A model generated the notes under the pieces. The model searched no databases and had not been told where the DNA came from. It was given only the letters and a program-made list of their open reading frames with translations. A stretch of 64,000 nucleotides of DNA from contig CM059433.1 of assembly GCA_030390025.1 (NCBI GenBank), positions 31,064,001 through 31,128,000 on the forward strand. The letters run 5' to 3'. This DNA is from Squalus acanthias (Eukaryota). Of this stretch, positions 25,148 through 36,879 are shown piece by piece (positions within the stretch are counted from its first letter, which is position 1; every line of letters starts with the position of its first letter). The position numbers and the translations under genes were made by a program.

Positions 25148-26270
25148 TGTCAGCTTGGCTCAGTTGGTAGCACTCTAGCTTCTGAGTAAGAAGGTTGTAG
25201 GTACAAGCTCCACTCCAGAGACATAGGGCGCAAAATTTGGTTACGCCCCGTTTGGGAGCGGTAACCAAGTTAAGGCCGGATATTTAGCGCTCAGCGCGGA
25301 AGTACCGTCCCGGCCATTAAATTCGGCTTACCGCCCTGCACAGGAAGTGGAGCACAATCTCGGGCGCTCCACTTCCTGTTGGGGCGGTAACCAAGGCGAT
25401 GTCGGGGCGTGATCGGCAGCGCTCTGCGGAGGCTCCACGGAGCGCTGGCGCATTTCAACGCCCCCCTTCACTTGAAGGGGAGGGCCGCTGCACACTCTGC
25501 AGGGCCTCCGATGCCCACACTAGGCCACCAGGGCGGTGTTGTTCCGTGGCCGCAACCCGACGCCGTGACGCGGTGCTGGGCTGCGCGATGGCAGCCAGGA
25601 CCACGCCATGGCCCATCACGGAGGGCCGACCTGGAGGTCGGCCAAAAAAATGAAAATGGCGGCGCGGGTCATGGCCGCACCACCCCTTTAAATACCACAC
25701 CGTGAGCGGGGGTCGGCCTGGTTCGCGACCTGCGAGGCTGGCGCTAACACTGCTTGCAGCAACCTTGCAGGATGCAGTCGAATTTCTGCCATGGGGCGCT
25801 AAGAGGGCGCAGCGCACAGCGATGACATCATCGCTGGTGGCGCAGCGGCCTGAGGCGTTACCAGCGGGGGCGCGCCGTTATTGGGTAGCGCCTCAGTAAC
25901 GCCCCACCGAATTTCTCGGGAGGTGCTTTTTTCGCGTCCCCCGGGCAATAAGCCCTTAGCTCCCCTCGGCGGCACTATCGGCAGGCACAAGGGAGCCGAA
26001 TTTCTAGCCCTTAAGACTTGAGCCTTCAGTGCAGTACAGAGGGAGTGGTGCCTGTTGAAGGTGGTATCTTTTAAAGACAGGTCTACCAGTGACCTGTCTA
26101 GTATTCCTCCCTCAGCCAATACCAGTAGACTTCCATTCATTGGTTGTTTGTGGGACCTTGTTGTGTGGAAATTGGCTGCCACATTTGCCTGCAAAACAAC
26201 AGTGACAGTGCCTCAAAAGCTGGTTGTTAAGTGTTTTGAGATGTGCTGGGGAAAGGCACTATACAAATGG
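25148..26270 (+). mobile_element. Deu-domain SINE interrupted by a MITE
   Basis: Head TGTCAGCTTGGCTCAGTTGGTAGCAC at 25148; body resumes at about 26014. Confidence 0.7.
25226..26010. mobile_element. CpG-rich Harbinger-type MITE
   Basis: ata|GGGCGCAAAATTTGG ... CCGAATTTCTAGCCC|tta; interior related to the 22147 and 60939 MITEs. Confidence 0.8.
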
Positions 26271-26749
26271 AATTCTTACACAGGTACAATGTGCTGAGCA
26301 CAGAGATTCTGCAGCAAGTATCAGACCATCTGAACAATAAGGAAAGCCTTGAGTGTATAATAACAGTAGAGTGGCCCTCATTATTCATTTTCCCAAAAGC
26401 TGTCTGCATCGGTGAAGAGTTATCAAGTGTGATCGCTGGTACTTCACATGAACTGCAGCAGCTGTTGGAGCTATCCCAACAAACTACAGAAACCACTGTG
26501 ATAGAGCACACACCAGCCACGTTATAGATTAGTAATCTAGAGCTGGTTGTGCTACCAAGGGAGCTTTGAGAGGCTTGGAGGTGCTGAGAGAAGACCCGGC
26601 CACTCTTGACATACCTGGGAAGGCAGGTATCTGTGCAGAACCCTTTTAACTGAAGATCTGAATAATGCTTAATGTACCTCCACTTGGCTTCATGGAGAGC
26701 ACTGTGGAGGAAAGGCTGAAATCTCTGAATAAATCTTTCTCTCAGATCT

Positions 26750-27274
26750 AAAAAGGATATAGAGGCACTGGAGAAGGTGCAAAAAAAGATTTGCAAGGAT
26801 GATACCAGGACTGAGAGTTATAACTATCAGGAAAGACTGAACAGGCTGTTGCTCTTTTCTTTAGAAAAGAGAAGGCTGAGGGGTGACCAATTGAGGTCTT
26901 TAAAATTATGAAGGGGTTCGATAAGGTAGACAAAGAGAAAATGTTTCCACTTGTGGGTGAGTCCAAAACCTGGAATCATAAACATAAGATAGTCACTAAT
27001 AAATCCAATAAGGAATTCAAGAGAAACTTCTTTACTCAGAGAGTGGTGAGAATGTGGAACTCGCTACCACATGGTGTAGTTGAGAAGAATAGCATAGATG
27101 CATTTAAGGGAAAGCTAGATAAGTGCATGAGGGAGAAAGGAATAGAAGGATATGCTGATAGGGTGAGATGAAAAAGGTGGGAGGAGGCTCGTGTGGAGTA
27201 TAAACACCGACATGGACCAGTTGGGTCGAATCACCTATTTCTGTGCTATAAATTCTATGTAATGCTTTGTAATT
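26750..27274 (+). mobile_element. CR1 LINE 3' fragment with AGATCT target-site duplication
   Basis: MKGFDKVDKEKMFP..FFTQRVVRMWNSLP; AGATCT at 26744-26749 and 27275-27280. Confidence 0.85.
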
Positions 27275-27599
27275 AGATCTCAACAATATAGGTGATTCAT
27301 TTGAGCAAGGCATCTCCAAGCCTAGGTACAATGTGCAGCAAGTATGGGAATCTGTGATATCAGCCATAGGCAATGAGGCCAGAAGCACAGTTTTGGGTGA
27401 TGAAATGCAGGAAGTTTGAGGGATAGCTTTGACTTGTTGGGAGCTACATCACAGATTACCTTGCTGGATGGATTGTAGAAGCTCATATAATTGCTTCATT
27501 TTGTGCTGAAGCAGACCAGGGCACCTTGTGAGCACATCCCCTCTTGTCTAAAGCCATGAATGAGTCAATATTTGCTGCAACTAAACAATGGGAAGTTCG

Positions 27600-28175
27600 A
27601 GGCCATTGTTCTCAGGCTCCAGTCTCAAACTCCATGCAAAACTTTGTTCGATCCAGAGTTGACTGGCAGCACGAAGACTACTTAGGTACACCTCCAACAT
27701 ATTGCTCATATCCCTCACCCTTCAACTGCCAAAATCCTTATTCACTCTTTTGTCACCTCTAGAATCAACTTCTTCTTGACTGCGTTCCTATCCCTCAACA
27801 TAAAATCCTCACCCTGAAATCCGTTCACCTTCTCCCCACCCTGTCTCTGCATCATCCTCCATCTTGACATCCCTTCCTGCACCCTTTGGTCCTCCAACTC
27901 TGGCCTTCCCCCCTCCCTTTGACCCACCAGAAGGCAAAGCCTTCAGCTGCCTCTGCTCTAGTCTCTGAAAGTACTCCCTTAAACCTCTCTGCCTCTCCAC
28001 TTCTCTCTCTACCGTAAAGACTTCTTAAAACCCATCTCTTCGACTAGCCTTTCGATCACCTCTTCTAACACTTCCACTGTATTTTGGCATCTGTTCCTCT
28101 TTATTTTTCTGCAAAGTGCCTTGAGACAGTTTTCTACTGCAAAGTTACTATAAAAATGCAATTTGTTCTTGTTGT
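27600..28175 (+). mobile_element. Old L2 LINE 3' fragment
   Basis: Pyrimidine-rich L2 3' region (GCCTTCAGCTGCCT...CTTAAACCTCTC) and TATAAAAATGCAA..TTGTTG tail. Confidence 0.6.
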
Positions 28176-28199
28176 AGTCTGATAATACATAGGCTTTTC

Positions 28200-28508
28200 C
28201 AATCAGAAGGTTGTGCATTCAAGTCTCACTCCAGAGACTTGAGAACACAATCTAGGCTGACACACCCAGTGCAGTACTGAGGGAGTGCTGCACTGTTGGA
28301 GGTGCTGTCTTTCGGATGAGGCATTAAACTGAGGCCACGTCTGCCCTTCAGGTGGATGTAAAAGATCCCACGGCACTATATGAAGAAGAGCAGGGAGTTT
28401 TTCCAGTGTCATGACCAATATTTATTCCTCAACCAATGTCACTAAAAATAGATTATCAGGTCATTTATTTCATTGCTATTTGTGGGGCCTTGATGTATAA
28501 ATGCAAAT
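28200..28508 (+). mobile_element. Deu-domain SINE
   Basis: Matches the family consensus seen in the window. Confidence 0.8.
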
Positions 28509-29969
28509 GACTTTTTAACATTAATCCTAAACTACAATAATTAATTCGGTGTATTTTTATTCATCATTAATGACCACGTCAATGTTGGCATTCGATTGGT
28601 GGGGGAAAAACTGCACTGAAGCTTGTTTTGAACCAATCAAAGACTACTATTTTCCTGGCTGGTAGAAAATTAATGGTAAGGAAAGTGTTTGAACGTTATT
28701 GCTTCCAAGAGAATAAGGTGATGTAATAAATATGTTATTTTGTTCACCCACCAATTATCGGTTCAACTAAACTGAATAGAGCAATCAGGATAGTATCCTA
28801 CCTCACATTTTTGCATTAAGAAGCAATCATTCATTATGTCATGAGCGTTGGTTATATTTCTCATCTTGTCACATGTTAGAGCAAGTATTTGCCTGGACAA
28901 TTCTCTACCCACTCATTTTCCTTGACCAAGCAGTCAATACAAGTTGGCAGCTATTACTTTATTAGCTTTAATATTATTAACATCAACCAAATTGATTGTC
29001 ATCTCAGTTTCTTCAGTTATTTTCACCTCCTATGGACAACTGTTATATTCTCCCTCACACATAATGTTAGTCCCTTACCTACCCATTGTCTTATATTGTC
29101 ATATATGCCACTCTATTCAATCCCTTGCCCTTCATCTGACCTTGACCCATGTTTTTTGCTGAAACCGCTGTCAATACATTTGTGAGCAAAAATATCTCCA
29201 ATTCCAGTCGTTTCCCTGCTTTGTCATTCTATAGCACAATGGATAACTTAGCAATTTTTTCCCGCCCAGTCTTGATAGCTGATATAGTATCCTGAACTCT
29301 ATTAAATTATATTTGTAACACAATGAAATGAAAACCTTTAATACAAAGATTTTTTCCCCAAAGTCTTTAGTCAGTAGTAAGCTCCACTATTTCTTGGATA
29401 CAGTTGATATATTAATCAGGTTAATATAGAAGATAATACATAGACTGCTTTAGCACTGGTGGAGGTGAGCTAATAACGGGGAGAGCAAAGCTCAAATGAT
29501 TTATTAGCATGTCACTGAGATGTGTTACATATTTTAAAGCACACTCCAATTCTTCCTACTCTATGTAATATTTTCAGGTATACTTCATGCATAGAATGGG
29601 TATATTCCACTTGGGCAATTATTCTCTCAATAGTGGGCCTCATGGTGGATGATAACAGTGGTTAGGCTTCAGTCACTGACTCACATGGCTTGAACTGAAG
29701 GTCGCGATTTTATCAATGGAGGCGGGTTGAGTGCGGCTTTGATGTTCGTCGGGTTCCGGTCCCGCCTCCGCTGTCAGCCGCCCAGAAACTGCGATTTTGC
29801 CTTAAGTGGCCGAATTAATGTCTCCGTTCGCACTACCCGGCCCAATTAGTGGGTTCGGGTCTGCTGCTCGCCTCTGCTGACGTCTGTCAGCCAGCTGTAT
29901 TTAAGGGGCCCATGCAGCATTGTTTCAATTTCATCCTTTCCTGCTGCTTCTCCTTTTGAAATTGTACCC

Positions 29970-31906
29970 ATGACTGCTGCAAGAGCCAAGGCCTCTCCCC
30001 GCTTTGATGATGACCCCCTCCATGCTCTTGTGGATGGAGTGAGAGGGCGCCAGGAGGTACTCGTCCCCTCATCCGGACGGAGGAAGCCTCCTCAGCAAAA
30101 CAAAGCAGCCTGGCTGCAAATTGCTGAGGAGGACAGCTCCAGATCGTTGTGTGCTCGCTCCTGGGTCCAGTGCAGAAAAAGGTTTAATGACCTGGTACGC
30201 GCAGCAAAAGTGAGTATAACATCACACTTACCTTCAATCTGCTCCCCATCTCCTCTCATCACCAGCACTCTGCATTGTCAACCTACTCCTGCACATCCCA
30301 CTTTACCCTTACATCCCTTGCACCCTTAACCATCCCTCTCTCTCTATGTACACAATCACTTCACTATTCTACTGTGCACCCCTCACACTCCCTATCACTG
30401 TTATGCAATGACAACAACTAACAATGCACAGGGAGGGCCCTTGGTATTGGCATCTCACTCCATCTTTGTCTCCCTCTAGGCATCTATGCTATGGATTCTC
30501 CACATGCCCTCCAACATTCTCACTCAAACTCCACTTGTGTCCCTCATTGCAGGCAAAGAGAGCCCACAATAAGAGGGAGAGGGCCAGGACAGGAGGAGGG
30601 CCACCTTCCATTGCCCAGCTGACCACCGCTGAGGAGGCTGCTCTGGAGATCAAAGGAGGTGCTGAGGATCTGGAAGTGGGGGACGGTCAGATGGGCGCAG
30701 TAGAGCAAGCTGGTGACAGAATGGATTTGCAGCCCTCTCAGTTACATTGCATGAGTGACTGAGATCACATCTGATGCTCATTCAGATTGAGTTATGATCA
30801 TCTGCACAATTCGATGTGCATGCTATGTTAATATCACATGTCTAACTCATGCCTTTACTCCCCCACAGGACCATCGAGAGCCCCCCTCCCCACTGTCCAG
30901 GAGGAAGAGCCGGAAGACTCCTCAGAGGAAGCTGCAATCTCTGAGGGTGCAGCGTCAGCAGAATTAAGCGCACCCAGCACCAGTGCAGAGACGGACACCT
31001 CGGTGGGTCCTTCGCGTGATAGAGTAGTGTTGTCACCTGGTGTATCACAGCTCACAAGTGAGCATCAGCAGATGGTGGAGACAGGGACAGCAGTGGAAAG
31101 TCCTCGTCATAGGCCGCAGGGCGCTCCCAGCTCGGCTCAGCTGCATGTGGACCCTGTGCCTCTGGGGCCATCCAGAAAGAGAGCGGTGCTGGAACTCCAG
31201 GAACAAGTGCAGGAGTCTCTGGCAGGTTTTGCATCCAGGGTTACTGTGAGTGTGGAGAGGATGGAGGAGTCCATGTCTAACATGAGCAGTGCCTTTGTGG
31301 AGGCAATGGCGCATGAATGCACCACCATGGATAGGATGGCAACCTCCGTGGAAAGGATGGCTACGGTCATGGAGGAAATAAGTCGCCAGAGTCAGGAAAA
31401 CATGGTGAGTGTTCAGAATAGACTGACATCTCTGGAGGAGCGATGGGCAGCTATTGAGCAGAGAGACCAGAGCTTCATGGATGTCCTTTTGAGGAGGACT
31501 GCCAGTGCAGATACGGGTCCTCATGGCCCCACTGATGTGCAGCAAGGTGCTGTCCAGCCACTTGCTAGCACTGAAGTGCGGCTGACCCATGAGAGGGATG
31601 TTGGTGGCGGGCAACAAGGAAGTGTGGGCTCCTCTCCAAGTGCTCACACTCCAATACCACTGTGGAGCCCTTGATCAGAGCCCCACCAGAGTCCTCACCC
31701 AACTGAGATGGCCGTCAGCCCCTGCACAGCCGCAAGAGGAGCAGACTGTTGCCAAGCCCTCCCAGGCTCGCAAATCCAGAGGACACCCGTCAAAGGTGTC
31801 GAAGCAGGAGCAGCATGAAAGTGAGCAAGGTGCCTCCACATCTGCTGAAGCCACAGGGGAAGCACTACGTAGAAACACGCATAAGGGAAAGATTAAGCAC
31901 CTATAG
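29970..31906 (+). pseudogene. Harbinger Myb/SANT-like DNA-binding protein gene, 3 exons: 29970-30209, 30553-30712, 30869-31906 (premature TGA at 31672-31674 plus a frameshift)
   Basis: Exon 1 PRF..LHALVDGV..AWLQIAEE..RSWVQCRKRFNDL; GTGAGT donor at 30210; TTGCAG acceptor then AKRAHNKRERARTGGGPP; phases 0 and 1 join in frame; copy 2 reads through to RRSTRKRK. Confidence 0.85.
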
Positions 31907-32167
31907 TCACAAGGGTAGTCACTTGGGTGTTTTGATGTAATACATATTTAATATAATCATCGCCATTTCAATTGCAATAAAGAAATGCGATGGCAAACAT
32001 TCAAAGAGTTGGCCAATGTGTGCCCAGAAACGGAAGTGTCACAGTGAGGTGCCAGGGTGCCTTTCATCTGTAATGATGGTGGTGAGGGTGATAGGAACCC
32101 ACAGTTTATTGTACATTGTGAATAGTGTGTCAAGAAGGTGGCAGTCACATGTGTTTGCTTCGTCAAC

Positions 32168-33371
32168 TTAAGCAAATCTGGCATAGATTAGTGCATCCCT
32201 TGAATCACGGGCAGCAATGTGCTTGCATGCTGATGGAACTGGCGCATCCGCCTCCGCAAGGTCCCCCTCCTCCTCCTCCTCCTCTGAGGAGGCTATGCAC
32301 TGAGCCACTTGTTCCTCAGGCAGCTGGAAGCCACGCTGCTGTGCGATGTTGTCAGACCACGATGATTCTGGAGACCCTGGCTAGTGAGTACTGTAGGGCT
32401 GCACCTGATCTGTCAAGGCATCTGAATCGCATTTTGAGCAAGCCGATGGTTTGCTCGATGGTGGCTCTGGTGGAAATGTGGCTGGCATTGTAGCGCTCCG
32501 CAGCTTCATTTGATGGCCTCCTCAACGGCTCCATTAGCCACATCTTCAGCGGATAGCCCTTGTCTCCAAGTAGCCATCCAGAAAGTTGGGTTGGCGGATG
32601 GAAGAGCTGAGGCACAGTAGACTGCCGCAGGATGAACAAGTCATGGCAACTGCCAGGTTATTTTGCGCAAACATGCATAATGTTCTTCCTGTAGTTACAC
32701 ACCAGCTAGACGTTAAGGGAGTGGAAGCCCTTGCGGTTGACAAATACAGCTGGGTTGTGATGGGGTGCCCTAATGGCCACATTTGTGCAGTCTACAATGC
32801 CCTGCACCCTTGGCAAGCCTGCCATATTTGCAAAGCCAACCGCATGCGCGATTACACTTGCTTCATCTGTGGAGAAGTGGATGTAATTGTGCGCCTTTGT
32901 AAAGAGGGCATCGGTAACCTGCGTGATGCAAGTGTGTGTGGCCGACTGGGAGATGCCGCTGATGTCTGCTGATTATCCCTGGAAGGACCCTAAAGCAAAA
33001 TAATTGAGGGCGGTGACTTTGACAGCCACTGGTAAGGGGTGTCTACCCGCTCCTCTGGGCTCCAGGTGTTGCTGCAGCATTGTGCAGATGTCAGCGACTA
33101 CCTCTCCTGAAAGTCTCAGCCTCCTTTGGCACTGCTGCTCACTCATGTTGAGGAAGCTCATCCTCGGCCTGTAAACTCTGTGTTGGGGGTATCTCCTGCG
33201 GCGAGGTTGAGCCCTGCACTGATGCCCTCTGCCCTGTGCAGCATCAGGTGGGTGAGCAGGAGGTTGGCGCTCCTGTTGTTGCTGCTGCTGTTGTGCCTGG
33301 TTCTGCTGCTGCCGCGGCTGCTCTTCCTTCGAATCTGAGGACCAGGATGACAGGGTATAAATGGTTCCCAT
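32168..33371 (-). pseudogene. Harbinger DDE transposase (HARBI1-family), frameshifted
   Basis: [56 protein letters not shown]; several frame breaks. Confidence 0.9.
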
Positions 33372-33941
33372 TCCGCTGGTATATATCTCAGTTGAGGACT
33401 AGAAGTTATAAGCGCTCAGTCAATGTGGGGAGAGGGTTTTCCCAGGAGGTCACAGTGCAAATGGATCACAGCTTCACCACTTACAAGCTCAGTAGACCTG
33501 CAAAATGTGTTTCAACACCTGAAAAAACAAAGTTCTGTCATCTGTAAGTCAGCCATGTTAGAGCTCCGTTTTATGGTGGAGCTGCAGCTGTCAAGAAGTC
33601 AGGCGCTTGGTGAACCCGGCACAATCAGCTGGTGTGGTTTGCGAACGGCGTGGAACACGCTGAAAATGTACAAAATATGAAAGACCCTGTTAAAATCGGC
33701 TTATCTAGGCAGTTAACAAGCTGTTAACTGCCTTAAGTGCCTCTCCCGCCGCTTGATGGCAGGAGCGATCGGGACTCCCAGAGCCGGCACTTGGTAAAGT
33801 AGTGTGGAGGCGGGTTGACGGCGGGATCGAAGTGTTATTGTGCCACTTTTTTTTAACGTAACTTTTGGTGAAATTTTGTGCTCATCGAGATGATGGATTT
33901 TAACGTTGGGGAATGCAACACTTTGTCATTTCAAGCACTTA

Positions 33942-36669
33942 GGGCTGGATTTTCCGCCCAGAGGCGGGATGGTGGCGGGTTCACTGTTCTGTGGGTTCCG
34001 GTCCCTGCTCCCGGTTGCAGCTGCCCTCCATTAACAATTTTGCCTCCATTAGATTGGCCTCATTAAGGCCGACGTGCACGCTAGCCGGCCCAATCAGTGG
34101 GCGAACATAAATCACCAGACTCAGGAGAACATGGTAACACTTCTAAATAGATGGTCATCTATGGAGGATAGATGGGCATCTATGAGGAGCGAAACCAGAG
34201 GAATATCAACACAGAAATGGGTCCTCATGGCCCCACTGATGTGCAGCAAGGTGCTCTCCAGCTACTTGCTAGCAGTGAAGTGCGGGTGACCCATGAGAGG
34301 GATGTTGGTGGTCGACAACAAGGAAGTGGGGGCTCCTCTCCAAGCGCTCACACTCCCATGCCACTGCGGAGCCCTCTATCAGAGTCCCAGATGCCTCACC
34401 CAACTGAGATGGCCGTCTCTGCCCCTGCACAACCACAGGAGGAGCAGACTTTGGCAGAGCCCTCCCAGACTCCCAAACCCAGAGGACGCCCACCAAAGGC
34501 ATCTAAGCAGGCGCAGCAGGGAAGTGAGCAAGCTGCCTCTACATCTGCTGATGCCACAGGGGAAGCACCACGTAGAAGCACGCGTAAGAGAAAGCTAACA
34601 CACAAATAGTCACAAGGGTAGTCAATTGGGTGTTTTCATATAATACAAAGTTATTTTTGTGATCTTTATTTCTATTGTATTAAACAAATGTGATGTGAAA
34701 GATTCAATGAGTTGCCCTATGTGTGCTCAGAATTGGAAGTGGCACAGTAAAGGTTGAGGGCGCCTTTCATCTGCAATGATGGTGGGAAGAGTGATAGGAA
34801 TGCACACTTAATTGTATAGATGCTGTATGGTGTGGAATGAAGGTCCTGCCAACCTTCATGTGCATGTGCCAGCCACATGTCTTTGCTGCGTAAAGTTACG
34901 TGAATCTGGCATGGATTAGTCCATCCCTTGCCTCACGGCCAGCAATGTGCTCGCGTGCTAGTGGCACTGGGACAGCCGCCTCTGCCAGGTGTTCCTCATC
35001 TGCAGCCTCATTTGGCTCTTCCTCCTCCTCTGAGGAGGAGGAGGTTGTCCGCTGAGCCACTTGTTCCTCAGGCAGCGCTAAGACACGCTGCAGTGCAATG
35101 TTGTGCAGGGCACAGCAGACCACAATGATTCTGGACACCTTGGATGGTGTGTACTGTAGGTTTCCACCAGATCTGTCCAGGCATCTGAAGTGCATTTTGA
35201 GCAAGCCTATGGTTTGCTCTATGATGCTTCTGGTGGAAATGTGGCTGTCATTGTAGTGTTCCTCAGCTTCATTAGATGGCCTCGTCATCGGTGTCATTAG
35301 CCACGTCTTCAGGGGATAGCCCTTGTCTCCAAGGAGCCATCCGGAAAGTTGGTTGGCGGATTGAAGAGCTGAGGCACAGTGGACTGGCGCAGGATGAACG
35401 AGTCATGGCAGCTGCCAGGGCACTTTGCACAAACATGCATAATGTTCTTCCTGCGGTTACTCACCAGCTGCACGTTAAGGGAGTGGAAGCCCTTGCGGTT
35501 CACAAATACAGCTGGGTTGTGATGGAGCGCCCTGATGGCCACATGTGTGCAATCGATGACGCCCTGGGAAGCCTGCCAGATTGGCAAACCCAACCGCCCG
35601 TGCGGTAACACTTGCTTCATCTGTTGAGAAGTGGATGTAATTGTCAGACTTGGCAAACAGAGCATCAGTAACCTGTGTGATGCAACTGTGGGCGGCCGAC
35701 TGGGCGATGCCACTGATGTCTGCTGCTGATCCCTGGAAGGACCCTGAAGCAAAGAAGTTGAGGGCAGTGGTGACTTTGACAGCCACTGGTAAGATGTGTC
35801 TACCCGCTCCGCTGGGCTGCAGATGTTGGTGCAGCCTTGTGCAGATGTCAACGACTACCTCTCGCGAAAGTTTTAGCCTCCTTTGACACTGCTGCTCACT
35901 CATGGTGAGGAAGCTCATCCTCGGCCTGTAAACCCTGTGTTGGGGGTATCTCCTGCTGCATGGTGCAGCCCTGCACTGACGCCCTCTGCCCTGTGCAGCA
36001 TCAGGTGGCTGAGGAGAAGGTTGGCGCTCCTGTTGTTGGTACTACTGGTGTGCCTGGTGCGGCTGCTGCCGCGGCTGCTCTTCCTCTGAATCTGAGGACC
36101 AGGATGAGAGAGTATAAATGGTTCCCATTCTGCTGGTCTATATGTCAATTGAGGAAAAGATGTTATTAAGCGCTCAGTCAATGTGGAGAGAGGTTATTCC
36201 AAGGAGGTCACAGTGCATATAGATCTCAGAACAATCACTTACAACCTCAATACACCTGAAATATGTCTTCCAAATCCTGAAAATAGAACGTTCTGCCATG
36301 TGAAATTGAACTGATGTGGCAGGTTAGCTTTTATGCTGCACTTGCAGCTGTGAACTATTCAGCTAGTTGGAATACCCGACACAATCAGCTGGCGTGTTTG
36401 TCGAACGACGTGGAACGCACTGAACATGTGGCAAAATGGAAAAACCCTGTCAAAATAGCATTAAACAGGCAGTTAACAAGCTGTTAACTACCTTAAGTGG
36501 CTCTCCTGCCGCTTGATGTCGGGTCTGATCTGAAGTCGCAGACCCGACACTTTGGAAAGTCGTGTGGAAGCAGGTTCACGGAAGGTTCACAACCCGCTGT
36601 CAATCATTTTGATTTTAACTCCTGACCCACCTCCAAACCCGCCCTCTGAGCGCTGGCAAAATCATGGCC
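33942..36669. mobile_element. PIF/Harbinger DNA transposon copy 2, internally deleted (lacks most of the Myb gene)
   Basis: TTA|GGGCTGGATTTTCC ... GGCAAAATCATGGCC|TTA, a 3-bp TTA TSD; at about 34110 the sequence jumps to the equivalent of 31380. Confidence 0.9.
34896..36128 (-). pseudogene. Harbinger DDE transposase, copy 2, with stops and frameshifts
   Basis: [71 protein letters not shown] in the Q-rich N-terminus. Confidence 0.92.
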
Positions 36670-36879
36670 TTAGTGTCAGCATCAAACACTTACAGGAGAG
36701 GTGCAGTACAAGAGTAAAGCTTCCCTGACTATGCCTCAACAATATAAGGGGTTCCCCTCCTGTATTACTGTGAATTAGTTTCCATTTCCCACTCCAGTCT
36801 TTCTTATCCCTCTCTATGTTATTGAGGCTATTGCGGCCAATGCTCTTCTGCACCTTCTCTTCTTGTATCTCCTATAGCA

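Larger units (their letters stand above)
29700..33885. mobile_element. PIF/Harbinger DNA transposon copy 1 (convergent Myb/SANT and transposase genes); right end degenerate
   Basis: Left end GGTCGCGATTTT; two-gene architecture typical of Harbinger; 31380-33830 is colinear with copy 2. Confidence 0.88.

Noticed and set aside
22181..25899. Long GC-rich ORFs and apparent CpG-island promoters
   Set aside because: They lie wholly within TIR-bounded MITEs; high GC content explains the stop-free frames.
32168..36128. Host HARBI1 gene
   Set aside because: Both copies are disrupted and sit in transposon context with TIRs and a Myb partner gene.
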